Shown one piece after another: positions 41,227 to 53,956 of a stretch of DNA of 64,000 nt; position 1 is the first letter of the stretch, and each line of letters opens with the position of its first letter. Origin of the DNA: Guillardia theta CCMP2712. Its lineage: Eukaryota > Protista > Cryptophyta. The notes under the pieces are model-generated. The model did no database searches. It saw nothing but the letters and a program-made list of their open reading frames with translations, and was not told where the DNA came from. The stretch covers positions 62,001 to 126,000 of the forward strand of contig NW_005434540.1 in NCBI RefSeq assembly GCF_000315625.1. Reading direction: 5' to 3'. The translations under genes were made by a program, and so were the position numbers.

Positions 41227-44200
41227 ATGGCGGACGGGCGGGACGCCATGGAGTCGCTGCTGATGGAGGTGAATAGAACGGAGGAGGAGAGAGGAGAGGG
41301 AGAGAGAGAGAGGAGGAAGAGAGAGGGGATAAGAGATGAGGAGATGACAAGGAGAAGACGAGGACAGGAGAGGAATAAGGATGATGAAGAAGTAGTGGTA
41401 TGACGAAAAGTTCAGAACGGAACAGAAAGAGGGAGCGAGGAAAGATCGAAGATATTTATTCTTGGGTTTGACGTAGGAATCATAGGCAGAGTTGAAGGGA
41501 AGCGGGAATGATGAGAAATGACCCTGGAAGAAGAGGAGGAGAAAGAGATGGGTCAGAGGAAAAGATGGATGGAGATCGTTTCCAAGATCCTAACGTTACC
41601 GTAGGTAGAGGAGCAGATCAACGAAGCGCGAGCATCCGTCCATGGAGCAGCGAACAAGTTTGAGGAGGGGAAGGAGTTCGAGGCAGCAGCAGCGGAGAGG
41701 GCGAAGGAGTCGCAGCTGAGCGAGGCGACTAGGAGGAAGCTACAAAGGCGCTCTCAGATTCTGAGTGCGGAGGTGAAGTCGGAGCTGTCTAGAGCAGTGG
41801 CTCAACTCCGGCACACTTCGCATCACTACAAGCACGTGAAGAATGAGATCGAGACCGCTCTGCGACACAAAGACAGAAAGGTCTGCAGATCCCGCTGAGT
41901 GTGTGTATGTTGAAGTTGAAATGCTGTCAGCTCGCAGAGCTCTCGAAGGCGGAGGGAAGGATACAGGGGCTTGAAGAGCAGGTGAACGATCAGAAGAAGA
42001 TAATCCAGGAGCTCAACAAGGTAAGGGGAAGTGAAGTCCTCCGATCCTCCTCATCTTCCTTCAGGCAAAGGAGGACGCGCATTTTCAGATCCAGCGCATG
42101 AGTCTGGAAGTTGACAACTTGCGCAAAGCAAAGGAAGACCTGGAGGGGACGATCTCACACCTTGAAGGTGAAGAACTTGTACCTTCTAGTTGCTGGTCAC
42201 CGACAGGACTGCAGAGAAAAATTCCCACAACGAACTGTCATACTCGAAACAGACCCAAGAATCTAACAACATCATGGTCCACAACACAAGTTTGAAGAGC
42301 CAGGTGAGCCATGGCGTGAGAGACACGTTGCTTCGACGAGAAGTCTCTTCCCCATGCCTGTCTGCTGAACTCTCTGCAGCTGAAGGATGCAAACAACACG
42401 ATCAACGTCTTGAGGGAGGAGAACGCAAGCTTGATCAAGACTCGAGACCACCTCATGGCTCAACTCAAGAACTCAAAGGAGGTCTTGTCTTGATCGCCCC
42501 CGTCCCCATCCCCGTCCCCGTCCTCGTTCTCTCATCCTCAACTCTTATCCTTCTCGAAACTCCCGCCTGCTCTTCCTACTCTCTCCGTTCTCTCCTCCCT
42601 CATCTGAGCTTGTTCCAGGTCGTCGCTCGGATCACGGCAGATAACCTGATGTTCCTCAACAAGATCAAACACTCGGAGGCGAAGGTGGAGCAAGCAGTGA
42701 AGGAGCGAGAAGTCCTGAGAAAGGAGCTCAACGAGAACGACGGGTAAACATTTCATCCCTGTCCCTTCCTCCTCCTCCTCCTCCTCTCCTCCTCCTCCTC
42801 CTCCTCCTCCTCCTCTTCCTCTTCATTCCTCATCACTTCTCCACCTCCTCTTTCCTCTTCATTCCTCATCACATCCCCTACTCTGTCCCTCTTGATCTTT
42901 TCCTTCTTTCAAATGAATGTCTCCTTACCTCTCTCTTCCTCTGCTCCCCTGCGCCTCCTCCTATCCTCACTCCCCTGCTCCTCTCCTCTCCTCTCTCCTC
43001 CTCTCTCCTCTACCTCTCTCCTCCTTCTCGCTCCTCCTCGTCTGTCCTGCTCCTGTCTTCCGCGTCTGTCTCCTCCTCTCATCCGCTTTCCTCCTCAGCC
43101 GCTGGTTCGAGCATCTCCGCGACGAGCTGCAGAAGGTCACGCAGACCCACCTGGACGCCATCGAAGAGAGCGAGCAGCGGATGATGGCGGTGAGAGGAGG
43201 CGACGAGCTCTTGCCTCTTTCTCCTCACCCTTGTGGAGCAGAGGGAGGAAGAGGACAGGAAGAAGCTGGAGGAAGCAGAGGCGCTGCTAGAGGCAGCGCG
43301 AGCCGAGGGCAGGAGGCTGGAGGAGGAGCGGAACTCCTCGAGGGAGGAGGCGAAGACGTTGTCGCTGAAGTTCTCTGCCCTCTCGGAGTCCCACGAGGCC
43401 CTCAGCTCCAAGAAGGAGGAGCTGGAGCTGCAGGTGGCCTCCGCCACCAGCTCAGCTGAGAGCATGCAGAAGAAGATGGAGGAGGTGAGGAGGGAGCAAC
43501 CGAGTCCGCCTCTGACTCCTCGCAGCTGAGCAAGGAGTTGGAGCAGCGAGGAACGGCAGCAGCAGAGCTTCAGGTGCGAGGAGGAGGGGAGGGAGAGAGG
43601 TGGAGAGGAGGGAGGAAGGGGAGGGGGAGANNNNNNNNNNNNNNNNNNNNNNNNNNNNNNNNNNNNNNNNNNNNNNNNNNNNNNNNNNNNNNNNNNNNNN
43701 NNNNNNNNNNNNNNNNNNNNNNNNNNNNNNGTAGAGTCGAGCTTGCAGATGGACCAGAAGCGATCAGAATGTCAGAGACTGAGCGATGAGATTGAGAGAC
43801 TCAAGGTGCCTCCCCTCCCCTCCTCCTCCTCCTTCCCTCCCTTTCCTTCCCTTTCCTTCCCTTTCCTTCGCTTTCCCTCCCCTCCCCTCCTCCTCCCCTC
43901 CCCTCCTCTCCCCTCCCCTCCTCTCCCCTCCTCTCCTCTCCTCCCCTCTCCTCTTCTCCTCAACATCCTTCCTCGTAGCCGCTCCCTTACTTCTTCTCGC
44001 CTGCTCCTCCTTGTTTCTCTCTCACTTTCTCTTCCCCTCCTCACTTGCCCATGACCCATTACCGTCAGGAGCTCAACGAGATTGTGCTGAGGGAGAAGCA
44101 GGAGGAGGAAAGGAAACTTTACTCCCTCCAGGCTGACCTCGACATCTCTCTCAAACGAAGCCGAGCCCTCGAGCAGGTGCCTTGCCACACGCTCCCTCCC

Positions 44201-44529
44201 CCACCCGCTCCACGTCTCCTTCCTCCTCCTCCTCCTCCTCCTCCTCTCTCGCCCCCTGTTCACTGATCCACGGTTCCCTCCTCTTCTCCCTGGTCGTCAC
44301 TCCAGATCTCCCTTCTCTTCCTCCTCCCTTGTTGTTCATCGTCTCAACTCCTCCTCTCCACCTTCCTCCTCCACCTCCTGTTGCTTCTTCTTCGTCTTCC
44401 TCGTCCTCCGTCTCCTTCCCCTCCTCCCCCTTCCTCCTGCTCAAACTGCCGCAGGACATCAACTCGTTGAAGCACGAGAAGGATGTGTTGGCTCGGCAGC
44501 TCTCGACTCTCTCTCAGACTTCTTTGTAA
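41227..44529 (+). CDS. Long coiled-coil protein, many exons, spans an assembly gap
   Basis: E/K/Q/L heptad-rich exons separated by pyrimidine- or purine-rich introns. ATG at 41227, stop at 44529. Confidence 0.7.
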
Positions 44530-44694
44530 TTTAATTGCGAATGTCTTTTCAATATACATGATGAAACAATAAATTCATTCCTCCTCGTCCTCGTCCTCCC
44601 TCGTCCTCCCCCCTCCTCCCTCCTCCCTCCTCCTCCCTTCTCCTCCTTTCTTCTCCTCCATTTCTTTGTCCTGATTCCTACTCCTCTTCTTTCC

Positions 44695-47600
44695 TCATTC
44701 CTCCCTTCCTGCTTCCTGTTCTTCTCGTGGCTCCTCTCGTCGCTCCTCTTCTTCTCCTTGATCCCCCATCTCCTCTCGCCCCGCATTCACCGTCGCCCGT
44801 TCCCGCAGCTCCTCCTTCACGCTGCTCAGCTCAACCTCCAGCTGCTGCCTCTTCCTCCTCTCCTCCTCCAGCTCCTTCTCAAGGCGCTTCATCCTCTTTA
44901 TCGAGGTACCTGCTCTCTGCATGCTGCTGTTGCAGGCCCCATACAGGAAGACGAGGATGAGAGCGAGGATGAGAGCGAAGAAGGGATAGTTGAGCAGCAG
45001 CTCCAGCAGGTGCCAGAGGAGCTGCACGACTATGTCCCAGAAGTAGTACAAGAGGAAGAGGAAGGAGGCGAGGAAGGCAGCGGAAGCCAGCAGCGAGCTC
45101 GCGCTCCACATGATCCACTTGAGGAGGAGGAAGGAAGAAATCGACCAAGACAGCAGGAGGAAGGCTGAAACCCCCACGACGATCTTCAGCAACTGGTGGG
45201 ATTTCTTCAGCTCCTCCTGCAGTTCCCCGATGACTTTCTCTTGCCTCTTCATCTTCTCCTGCGCTGTCTGCAGCTCCATCCTCAGCCTCGACAGCCTCGC
45301 CTGCTCTGCCCGCATCGCCTCCTTCATCTCCTCCCTCTGCTTCCTCCACGTCTGTGTCAGACTCTCCAGCCTCGCCTCCGCCAGGATCTCCTTCCCCTGC
45401 GCCGAGACTTCCTGTATCTCCTCCATCCTTGCATAGACCTTGGTGGCCTCCTCCTACCACCAGAGTCAGTCATAGCGAGGAGGAGGAGGAGAAGGAGTGG
45501 GAGTAGGAGTGGGAGTGGTGGTGGGAGGAGGAGGATTGGTAGTAGTGGTAGTGGTAGTGGTAGTGGTAGTGGTACTGGTAGTAGTAGTAGTAGTAGGAGG
45601 AGGAGGAGGAGTAGGAGTAGGAGTAGGAGTAGGAGTAGTAGTAGGAGGAGTAGGAGGAGTAGTAGGAGGAGGAGGAGGATCGACCTTTTGTAGCTGCATG
45701 CTGTACTGCAGCTCGGCCTCTCGCAGCTTTATCCTCCTCTCCATCTCCTCCACCCGCCCCTGGACCTGCTCACTTGTCTCCTGCACCTGCTCGCTGGCCA
45801 CTTCCACGTCCTTCACCCTCACAATCTTCCGTGCTCGCATCCCCTCCTGCTCCGTCGTCTGACCTGAGCCAACTACCGGCGACCCCTCGATCTGCTGCTC
45901 CTCCTTCTCCACTTCGGCTCCTTCCCCTCCGCTTCCTCCTCCTGCCGTGGCAGGTAGGGAGGCAGATGAGCTGCATGCGGCAGGAGAGGAGGCGGGAGGA
46001 GGAGCGAGGAAGCTGAAGTTCAGCTCAGCAAGGGTCGAGGAGACGTTGGGGACGGGCAGGACGGTCAGTCTCTCCCTGGAGGCCGTCAGCAGGGCTCCGA
46101 ACCTGCGGCAGCTGGACCTGAGCTGGGAGATAGCAGGAGGTGGTCAGTGCTCACCCGGGCTGGAGGACCTGGCGGTGCCATGCCTCCCGGAGGTCGTCGT
46201 GGATCGAGTCGATGGCGTTGAGGAGGGGGCGGAACCCCTCGTCCCCGTTCCTCCCCCCATACCTGGAGGCCAGCAAGTCGACAGCGCTCGAGTCCCAGCC
46301 CACCAGCATCCTCCTCGAGCTGCCAGCAACAGCCCACCTGAGCTGGGAACGAACTGGAGGGGCACAAAGACTCACCTGGGGTGAACCTCCAGCAGGTAGA
46401 AGGAGAAGATCCGCTCGAACAGAGCCATCTCGACCACCCTCCTTTTCTCCTTGTTCGAGTACGGGTAGAAGGGGATCCAGGCGTCCACCCTCCCTCGGAA
46501 TTCAGCTCGTCCGAAGGGGTTCGACATGCTGCTCGTCTCACGCAGCAGGTTCGTGAACTGCTCGTCGATGTCCTGCACAAGCCCCTGCTCCTCCCCGTGC
46601 GACTCGAGCTCCATCAGCTCCCGCGCTCGCTCGAGGATGATCTTGGCTCCCATGTTGGTGTTGATCAGGAACGTCGCTCGGTTCGTGGGCACGTACTGGT
46701 CCAGCTTCGTGTCCTTCAGCGCCCCGCTGGCGTCGAAAGCACTCAGCAGCACGTCCGGTATCGCTTCTGCATGCGCCTTCTCGAACTCGTCGAAGAGCAC
46801 GACAGCGTCCGGATGCCGCAGCAGCGCACCAGTCAGCTGCCCCATCCCCTCGATGCCGACGGGGGGGCCGACGAGGTTGGCGGCGCTGTTCTCGTCCTTG
46901 TACTGGCCCATTGGGATCTGGACGAACTTTTTCTCTCTCAGGAGCTTCGCTGCCGACTCGTTGTGGAGGATGGAAGCAAGCTGCTTCGCCAGCTCTGTCT
47001 TGCCCGTGCCCGACGGTCCCCAGAAGACCAGGACAAGGGGCTTGTCTCTCCTGCCCCATCCCTCCAACCTGCAAGGGGCATGAAAGGAGGGAGAAGAAGG
47101 GGAGGGAAGAGGAGAGGGGGGTGGAGGAGAGGAGGAGGGGAGGAGACGGGAAAGGAGGAGAGGGGGGAGGAGAGAGAAGGAAAGAGGAGATTCAGTTTGA
47201 AGGGAGAAGGACCTGTTGCGCAGCCTGTTGGTGGATCGGCGGATGGCAAGATCTTGTCCGATGAAGGTGCGCGAGAGAGTTTGGAGGGAGAAGGAGTCTC
47301 GCGTCGACGATTCCTTCCTCTCCTTCCAACCCCGCAGACACTGCGCTAGAATCTTCCGCCGCTTCTCCATGGCATCATGACGGTCATCGGAGAGCGCAGG
47401 CGGAGACTGTGTGAGGGTCAGGAGCTTTGACTTCTGCTTCAGCAGAGGAGGAGAAAACTTGCACAGTCCTCCTTCTCTCCTTGAGAGCACACGAACGGGA
47501 GAAAGGAGCGAAAGCCTTTCTGCCAGATCACTGACTTGGTGTTGGTCTTGTAGAGGGAGGAGAGTGCGTCTGTGTCAAGGAGCTTCCTCTTGACCAGCTT

Positions 47601-48557
47601 CACCACCTCCTGGCTCTGCAAGCTCCTGCTGCTCTCGTCCTTGCACGACATCTCGTCCGCTTCCATGTCGGTGATGATAACAAACATCCAGTTCACCAGG
47701 TCGACTCCTTGCTTCGAGCATGGCGACTTGGTCCTGTCGAAGATCCTGACGAGCAGCTTCTCAAGGCTGAGCAGAGTCTCATCCCAGATCCCGTCGATCA
47801 CGACGACCCGCTCACTGCATGGAGACCTGCAGATCCACTCCATCGCTCCCTCCTTCATCATCGATAGCGCCATCACTTGATTGCAGTCTTTCTCCTCGCT
47901 CTTGATCCCCTGCGCAAGCTCCGACGCCACCGCTCTCGCCATGCACGCCTTCTCGTTGGTCTTTGCGCCTCCGAAGTGGAGGAGAGTAGGCTCCAGCCGC
48001 CTCCTCTTCCCTCGCAAGATGTTCATCATGTCTGAGATGCCGTTCAAAGCCAGCGGCTGGCTCTCCCCGTACTTGATCCTCAACCATCCCAGAAAGTCTC
48101 CAGCAACGAGGAGAGAGCTTCCTGCTGCATGCGAAGACGTTGCTGGTCCTGCCCCTGACGCGCCTCCTGCCGTCCACGAGTCGCTCGTCCCCCCCGAACA
48201 AGTCCGACCCTCGCACTGCTCTGCCTTGGACGAATCGATGGAGGAAGCATGTCGGAGGGAGGACGTCGAGCCTGAGAAATGTTTCGAAGTCGGCTGAAGG
48301 AGTTGATCTGCTGACGAGGATGAGGACGAAGACGGAGACACGGCCATGGCAGGTTCTGTTGAAGATTGATCGCCATGCGAGGGCGACGATACGGATGGCG
48401 AAGATGATGAGGAAGGGGACCATGCTGAAGGGGAAGGAGATGAAGTAGGGGTGAAGGAGGGAGAAGTAGAGGAGGTAGAGGAGGGATGAGGGGAGGGGCT
48501 TATGGGAGGGGGCAGGAGGAGGAGGAGGAGAGTGAACAGCAGTACCATCGCCGCCAT
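44695..48557 (-). CDS. Signal peptide - degenerate AAA-like domain - ClpB/torsin-type AAA+ ATPase - coiled coil - ~3 TM helices (probably one gene)
   Basis: IGQDLAI, KPLVLVFWGPSGTGKTELAK, VLFDEFEKAH, INTNMGA, RAEFRGRVD and GFRPL are present. An open exon at ~46075-45685 links to the 45426-44695 coiled-coil/TM block. Confidence 0.75.
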
Positions 48558-48957
48558 TGCAGGCGGGCACAACTTGCTAAGAACACCTGGGGACGGGTTG
48601 ATATAATATTTACCAGGTAGGGGTACTTAAAATACCGGTGCTAAAATGAATCATTCCTCTTCGGAAGTGGGGTGGTACATTTTCTCAATATGCTGGGGTG
48701 GTGTTGCGAAGGGGGTGGGGGTATGCAGATTGAAAATGCATTCCAAATAGACACTGACCCGACTGAGAAGCGATGAGAGGAGAGGGAGGAGGGGGAGGAA
48801 GAGAGGGAGGAGGGGGAAGAGGATAGGAAGAGGAGGGAGGGAGGGAGGGAGACAGAAGAGACAACAGAGGAAGAAGAGAGGAGGGAGGGAGGAGGGAGGA
48901 GGGAGGGGAGAGAGGGGGATATCTTTGTTTTCAGGAGTCCCTGCTCCCTGGCTTGGC

Positions 48958-49955
48958 ATGGGCAATTACGCTTCATGCTGTAGAATATCTCAAGAGCAGG
49001 GAGACGAGCGTCCTCCGCCATGGCTGGTAGAAGGACAGAAGGCACCTCTGATATCCGACGCTATGAACGAGGACTACAAGAAGGCTGTCAGCCCTACCAG
49101 AGAGCATGCGATAGAAAAGTTCTTCCATGATGCTCTTCTCCAAGGCAAACCCGACGAGGACGAGCGCGAGTTGCCATACTTGCATGTGGCGGACGAGGGC
49201 GAGGAGGAAGCGGTGAGTGACGACAGGAGCAGAGACGAAACCTTCGACAAGTTCCTTGACTCCATCCTCGACCGATGCTTCCTGATCTGCAGAGAGGACG
49301 AGGTGCTTCTGTGCGTGCGGGTCGTCTCCTGCTAACGAGCAGGTGCAGTGGCTCAGGTGGAAGGCATCGGGGAAGGTAGGAAGGAGGAGCAGCCTCCTAG
49401 TCCCGCCATCGAGGCTCGTTGCTCTCCTCCGCCTCCCAGACCTGGATCGCTCCCGGAACGAGACGGCAGTCGTCCTTGACCTCGACCTGCAGCCGGATAT
49501 GTTCACCATCTCCGATCGCAACGTCCTGCTGGTGGCGCCGTTAAGTCTCCACCTCGTCCGCGTCGTCTACAAGCTCAACGATGTCGCCGACATGCTTCAG
49601 GGAGAGAGGAGGGTGAGGAGGTTGACTAGGGAGCCCCTGGCGTCTTCTGCAAGCACTCATAGGGGAGAGGAGGACACAGTGGAGGAGGAGCGTCCAGCTC
49701 GGCAGGAGCTGGAGCTGGTGATGAATGAGTACTCGTGGATCCTTGACGACTTCGAGCGGAAGAGGTTCGGAAGGAGCGGAGGGATGGAACGGAAGAGATT
49801 CGATCCTCAGTCACTCAGCCGACCCGTGCGGGATTTCTCAGCTTCGAGGTGAGGTTGACAAGTTTGACAAGTTTGACACTCGTTCATGTTCTCACATGCT
49901 CTTCAGGGGTACTTCTAATCCAACGTTCCCAGAAGTCGTCAGGACCAGGAGGTAG
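48958..49955 (+). CDS. Spliced hypothetical protein with possible N-myristoylation/palmitoylation start (MGNYASCC)
   Basis: ORF blocks 48925-49335 and 49343-49852 lie on the same strand with short introns. Confidence 0.5.
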
Positions 49956-50044
49956 CCCAGCTGATAGCCGAGCTGGGACCCTCTCAATCCTTTAAACCTC
50001 CGGGTTCCCTGTTAACTCTCCTCCCGATCTCTCTGCGTCCTCCT

Positions 50045-53000
50045 CTACTTCTTCAGCTTCTTGTCCAGCTTGTCCATCAGGTGGGCGTTAACGGCCTGCA
50101 GCTGAGTGTTGACGTCAATCAGCTTCTTGTTCTCCTCTTTGAGCTGCCGGCACTCGTCCGCCAGCTCAACCTTCTCCTCCTCCAGCTCGTTGAGGACGCT
50201 GTCAAGGTTGGCAAGCTGACGGTTCAGAGTCTCTGACAGTTGTCGACTCTCGTTGAGCTTTGTGGCGAGACTGGACAAGTCCCGCACCTCCTGCTCCAGG
50301 GCAGCTGCCCTCTCCTCCGCCTCTTCCACCGCTCCCTGTAAGTCTTCACAGCGAAGGCAGTGCAGTTCCTTCCAGGCTGTCGTCGGAGACATCTCCACCT
50401 CCTCCCCATCCTCGTTCGTCACTCGGTCCATGATCCGCCCCACGTCCTTCTTGACAGACTCCAGCTCCCCTGTCAGCACCTCCACGCCTCGTGCGACCTT
50501 GGAGCGTAACTTGGCTTCTCCCAGGAGGGGCCCAGCAGTTCCTGCCTTCTCCACCCAGCGGCGATTCGTCCACTCGATCCGGCAGTCTTCGATTATTCCT
50601 TCCATGCGCAGACATTCTTTCTGGACATGGATCAGCTCGCCGAGCAGAAAGTCGATGTCGACATTGTCCTCCTCCATAATCGCCAGGATCCGAAGCTTCT
50701 GAAGCTGCAGAACTTCTTCCAGGTCTTCCAAGGCAGAGGAGATCACCCCGGGCAAGAGCGGGCCAACGGCCGACTGGCTCTCGATGGCCCGGCCTGCAGC
50801 CCCCCCCCTCGTCAAGAGTTCAGCAGCCGCGAGCAGACCTCCTGCCTCTTCCGCGATATCCTTGAGGATTTCTTGTATCGCAGGAACCAGCGAGAAAGCT
50901 CTCTGGATTGAGAAGATTCTCTGCTGCAAGTCAGCTTCGGGGACAGCCTTGCCTGACACAGAGGCTCCCCTGTCAAAGGCTTCAACACCACCTTCACCTC
51001 CTTCCGCAGGTCGGGACACTTGCTCGTCATGGTCCGCCATATCCGCCATCATCGAGTCCAGCATGTTGTCCACCTGCAGCCTCGAGTCGCTCAGGCTCTC
51101 CTGCCTCTTCACCTGCGTCACATCCCGCGAGAGGTTCAAATTTTCTGCTTCGCGGGATGGAGGGAGAGGGGGTCCCCCGAAGGCGAGCGAGGGGGGCTTG
51201 TTTGGACTCGCCTCTTGGTATATTTGAGCCTTGACTAGAGTTTCCCTGCTGTTCATGATGATCTCCGAGACTTCTGCCGTCACCGACTGCAATTCTCTCC
51301 TCACAAGATCCATGCTCGTGCGCAGGTGCGGGGACTTGAAGAAGTCTCTGCAGGCAGTAGCAAGGGGAAGATCTCTAGAAAGAGCGTCGTACTCGACACT
51401 CTCGTCTCCATTCCCTGCCAACACCTCTAGGATCCTGTACTTGTTGTTCTCATTGTGCAGGAGAAGGTTTCCAAAGCGGACATGAAAGTCCTTTACAATC
51501 TCCTTGCATTCAGCGATGATGTACTCCCTCTCGCGTGGAGTGTGATAGACTTGATGATTGTTGTATTCGAGGACAAAGCGCTCGTTGAGTAGCTCGAAAG
51601 CATCGCTTGCTTGCTTCAGCACACGGTCATGACGTTGAAACAGCAGCTGAATCTGCAGCTCCTTCGTCGTCAGCATCTTTATCAGGCGATAGCAGACTGT
51701 CTTCATCTCTTCCTCCCTGCCATCACTTGACTTGCTCTCCTTCATCCACCAGCTGATCCGTCGCTCCCAAGAGAGCGTGCTGATCTCATTTTTCAACCTC
51801 TCACACTCCCTCTTCCAGTAGACCAGCTCGTCAAACGCCACTCGCTCACTTCGGAGGCGCGACATGCTCTGTGCTGCAAGTTCAGCTGCAGCAACTGCTG
51901 CTCCCGCTTTCTCCAGGTCGTCACGGTTCTCTCTCAGCAGATCTCCCAGCTCCTCTGACTTCCTGTTGAGATATTGCCTGCAAGTCTTCAGTTCCTCCTC
52001 CAGCGTTTTCTTCCCTTGTAGAGCTTTCTGCAATTCAACGTTCAAGTTATCTAGATCTTCCTGCAGCTGCTGGATCTTATCCACATACACGAGCTCTGGC
52101 ACCACCACGTCTGCTATGAGCTCTTCTTGCTTCTCTTGAACCTGCTCAGTTGTTTGTCCTTTTTCCTGCTCTTGGGCCTGCTCTGATGTATGCTGTTCTT
52201 TCTCTACACGAAAGTGCTCGATTGTTTGAACTGCTTTGTTCACGTGAACATGTTCTTTGTCTTTCTTCACTGGAACCTGTTCTGTTTTGAGCTCATCATA
52301 CTTCCTGTCGACTACTTCTTCTGTAATGTGTTCTTGTTTCTTGACGTCGTCCTCTTCTTCTCCACCTTCCTCTGGACTTGCAGCTCTGACCCCATCAGCC
52401 CTGCGTCTGATCTGCAATCCTTCAGCCCCTTTCATCTCTTCCTTCACGAGCTGATCCATTTCATCTTTGACCCGCTGCAAGTCTGCATAGAGGGCCACAA
52501 TCTCCAGCTCAATCTTCACCTTGTCAATCTGACGACGCTGCCCGTCATTCGGTTCCCTGTAGCGCCAGGAAGCGAAAGCTCTACCCAACAAGCTCGCTCT
52601 CCCCCGCTCCTCCCTGCGCATGACGGCCAGTGACATTGACTTTGACCGGGCAGCATGAAAAGACCATATAGCAAGCGCCCTTCTCTTCAAGTTCATCCTC
52701 GACCTCCTTGACAGCAGTGACGCCACTTTCTTGACCTGCTCAGGTACCAGGACACTATGGCGCCAGGAGGCGAAGGCGTTAGACTTGTCGACACGGTCCC
52801 ATCGCTGATTGATCAGGAGCTTGACAGCATGCTTGTACTTCGCCAACTTCTTTCCTTGCTCGTCCAGAGCCTCTTGAAAGTGAACAAGGGAAGTATCCAG
52901 TGTGCCGCAGAAGGTCGAGTCACCATCCTTGTTCACTCTTCTGATCAGCTCGTTGTCTTCCTCGATGATCGCTCTTGCAACCTCTCGGTATGAGCTGATC

Positions 53001-53146
53001 TTGTCCTCGAACCCTCTCCCCAAGGAGGCAAGGGAGCTCTGGGCTCGTCCTACCATGGGCGATCCTCTCTCATGCAGGACCCTCCTGACAGCCGAGGATC
53101 TCCTGATCGCATCCTCTGCCGCCCGGTGCAGCCGTTGCGTGCTCAT
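50045..53146 (-). CDS. 1033-aa coiled-coil protein with Sfi1-like Trp repeats
   Basis: Intronless ORF. AFASWRH, ALAIWSF and AFASWRY recur at ~33-aa spacing. Long heptad regions. Confidence 0.8.
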   Translation of the reverse strand: MSTQRLHRAAEDAIRRSSAVRRVLHERGSPMVGRAQSSLASLGRGFEDKISSYREVARAIIEEDNELIRRVNKDGDSTFCGTLDTSLVHFQEALDEQGKKLAKYKHAVKLLINQRWDRVDKSNAFASWRHSVLVPEQVKKVASLLSRRSRMNLKRRALAIWSFHAARSKSMSLAVMRREERGRASLLGRAFASWRYREPNDGQRRQIDKVKIELEIVALYADLQRVKDEMDQLVKEEMKGAEGLQIRRRADGVRAASPEEGGEEEDDVKKQEHITEEVVDRKYDELKTEQVPVKKDKEHVHVNKAVQTIEHFRVEKEQHTSEQAQEQEKGQTTEQVQEKQEELIADVVVPELVYVDKIQQLQEDLDNLNVELQKALQGKKTLEEELKTCRQYLNRKSEELGDLLRENRDDLEKAGAAVAAAELAAQSMSRLRSERVAFDELVYWKRECERLKNEISTLSWERRISWWMKESKSSDGREEEMKTVCYRLIKMLTTKELQIQLLFQRHDRVLKQASDAFELLNERFVLEYNNHQVYHTPREREYIIAECKEIVKDFHVRFGNLLLHNENNKYRILEVLAGNGDESVEYDALSRDLPLATACRDFFKSPHLRTSMDLVRRELQSVTAEVSEIIMNSRETLVKAQIYQEASPNKPPSLAFGGPPLPPSREAENLNLSRDVTQVKRQESLSDSRLQVDNMLDSMMADMADHDEQVSRPAEGGEGGVEAFDRGASVSGKAVPEADLQQRIFSIQRAFSLVPAIQEILKDIAEEAGGLLAAAELLTRGGAAGRAIESQSAVGPLLPGVISSALEDLEEVLQLQKLRILAIMEEDNVDIDFLLGELIHVQKECLRMEGIIEDCRIEWTNRRWVEKAGTAGPLLGEAKLRSKVARGVEVLTGELESVKKDVGRIMDRVTNEDGEEVEMSPTTAWKELHCLRCEDLQGAVEEAEERAAALEQEVRDLSSLATKLNESRQLSETLNRQLANLDSVLNELEEEKVELADECRQLKEENKKLIDVNTQLQAVNAHLMDKLDKKLKK

Positions 53147-53689
53147 CTCAATGACGCCTTGCAGGGCATGTCTTGTGTGATTGGAGAAGATGGAGGAAAC
53201 TTGTCCTCTGCCTCCTCCCCACTCCCACTACGATCTCCCTCCTCCTCCTCCTCCTCCTCCTCCTCCTCCTCCTCCTCCTCCTCCTCCTCCCTCTTCTTCT
53301 CTCGCCTCTTCTTCCCCCTCCTCGCTATCAACTCAGTTCCTCATTTCCATCTCCCGCCATTTCTCCTTGAAGCCCTTCCATCACACGGCTCACCCCCACC
53401 TCTGCTACGAGTACCCCACCCCAATTTCAACCATAGTTATTCGGATAGATCAGAAATGTCACCATCCAATGGAGTACCCCTACCCCTACTCATGTCGACC
53501 CTACCCCCATCACAATTCCCGCCCGGTCGCAGCATATGGCAGGTTCAAGAGCAGGAGGCAAGGGAAGGGAAGGAGGGAAGAAGTGAGGAGGAGGAGGAGG
53601 AGGAGGAGGAGGAGGAGGAGAAGTAGGAGGAGGAGGAAGAGGAGGAGGAGGAGGAGTCAAGAAACAACAGAAGAGAGAAAGAAGGAATA

Positions 53690-53890
53690 ATGAGCTTCTC
53701 AGTTGATACAGAGGAACTTCGTCGAATTTTGAGGCAGGATAGGCAGTTGAGATCAAAACGACCAGCAGCGACCAAGGAGGGTGAGAATGCAAGAGCAAGT
53801 GTCTCCTCTGTGACTCTTGTCAGCTACGATGAGTTCATCAAATCACGAACGACAGCGTTTCAGCACAGCAACAGCAACAGCGATAGTAAA

Positions 53891-53956
<66 letters not shown>

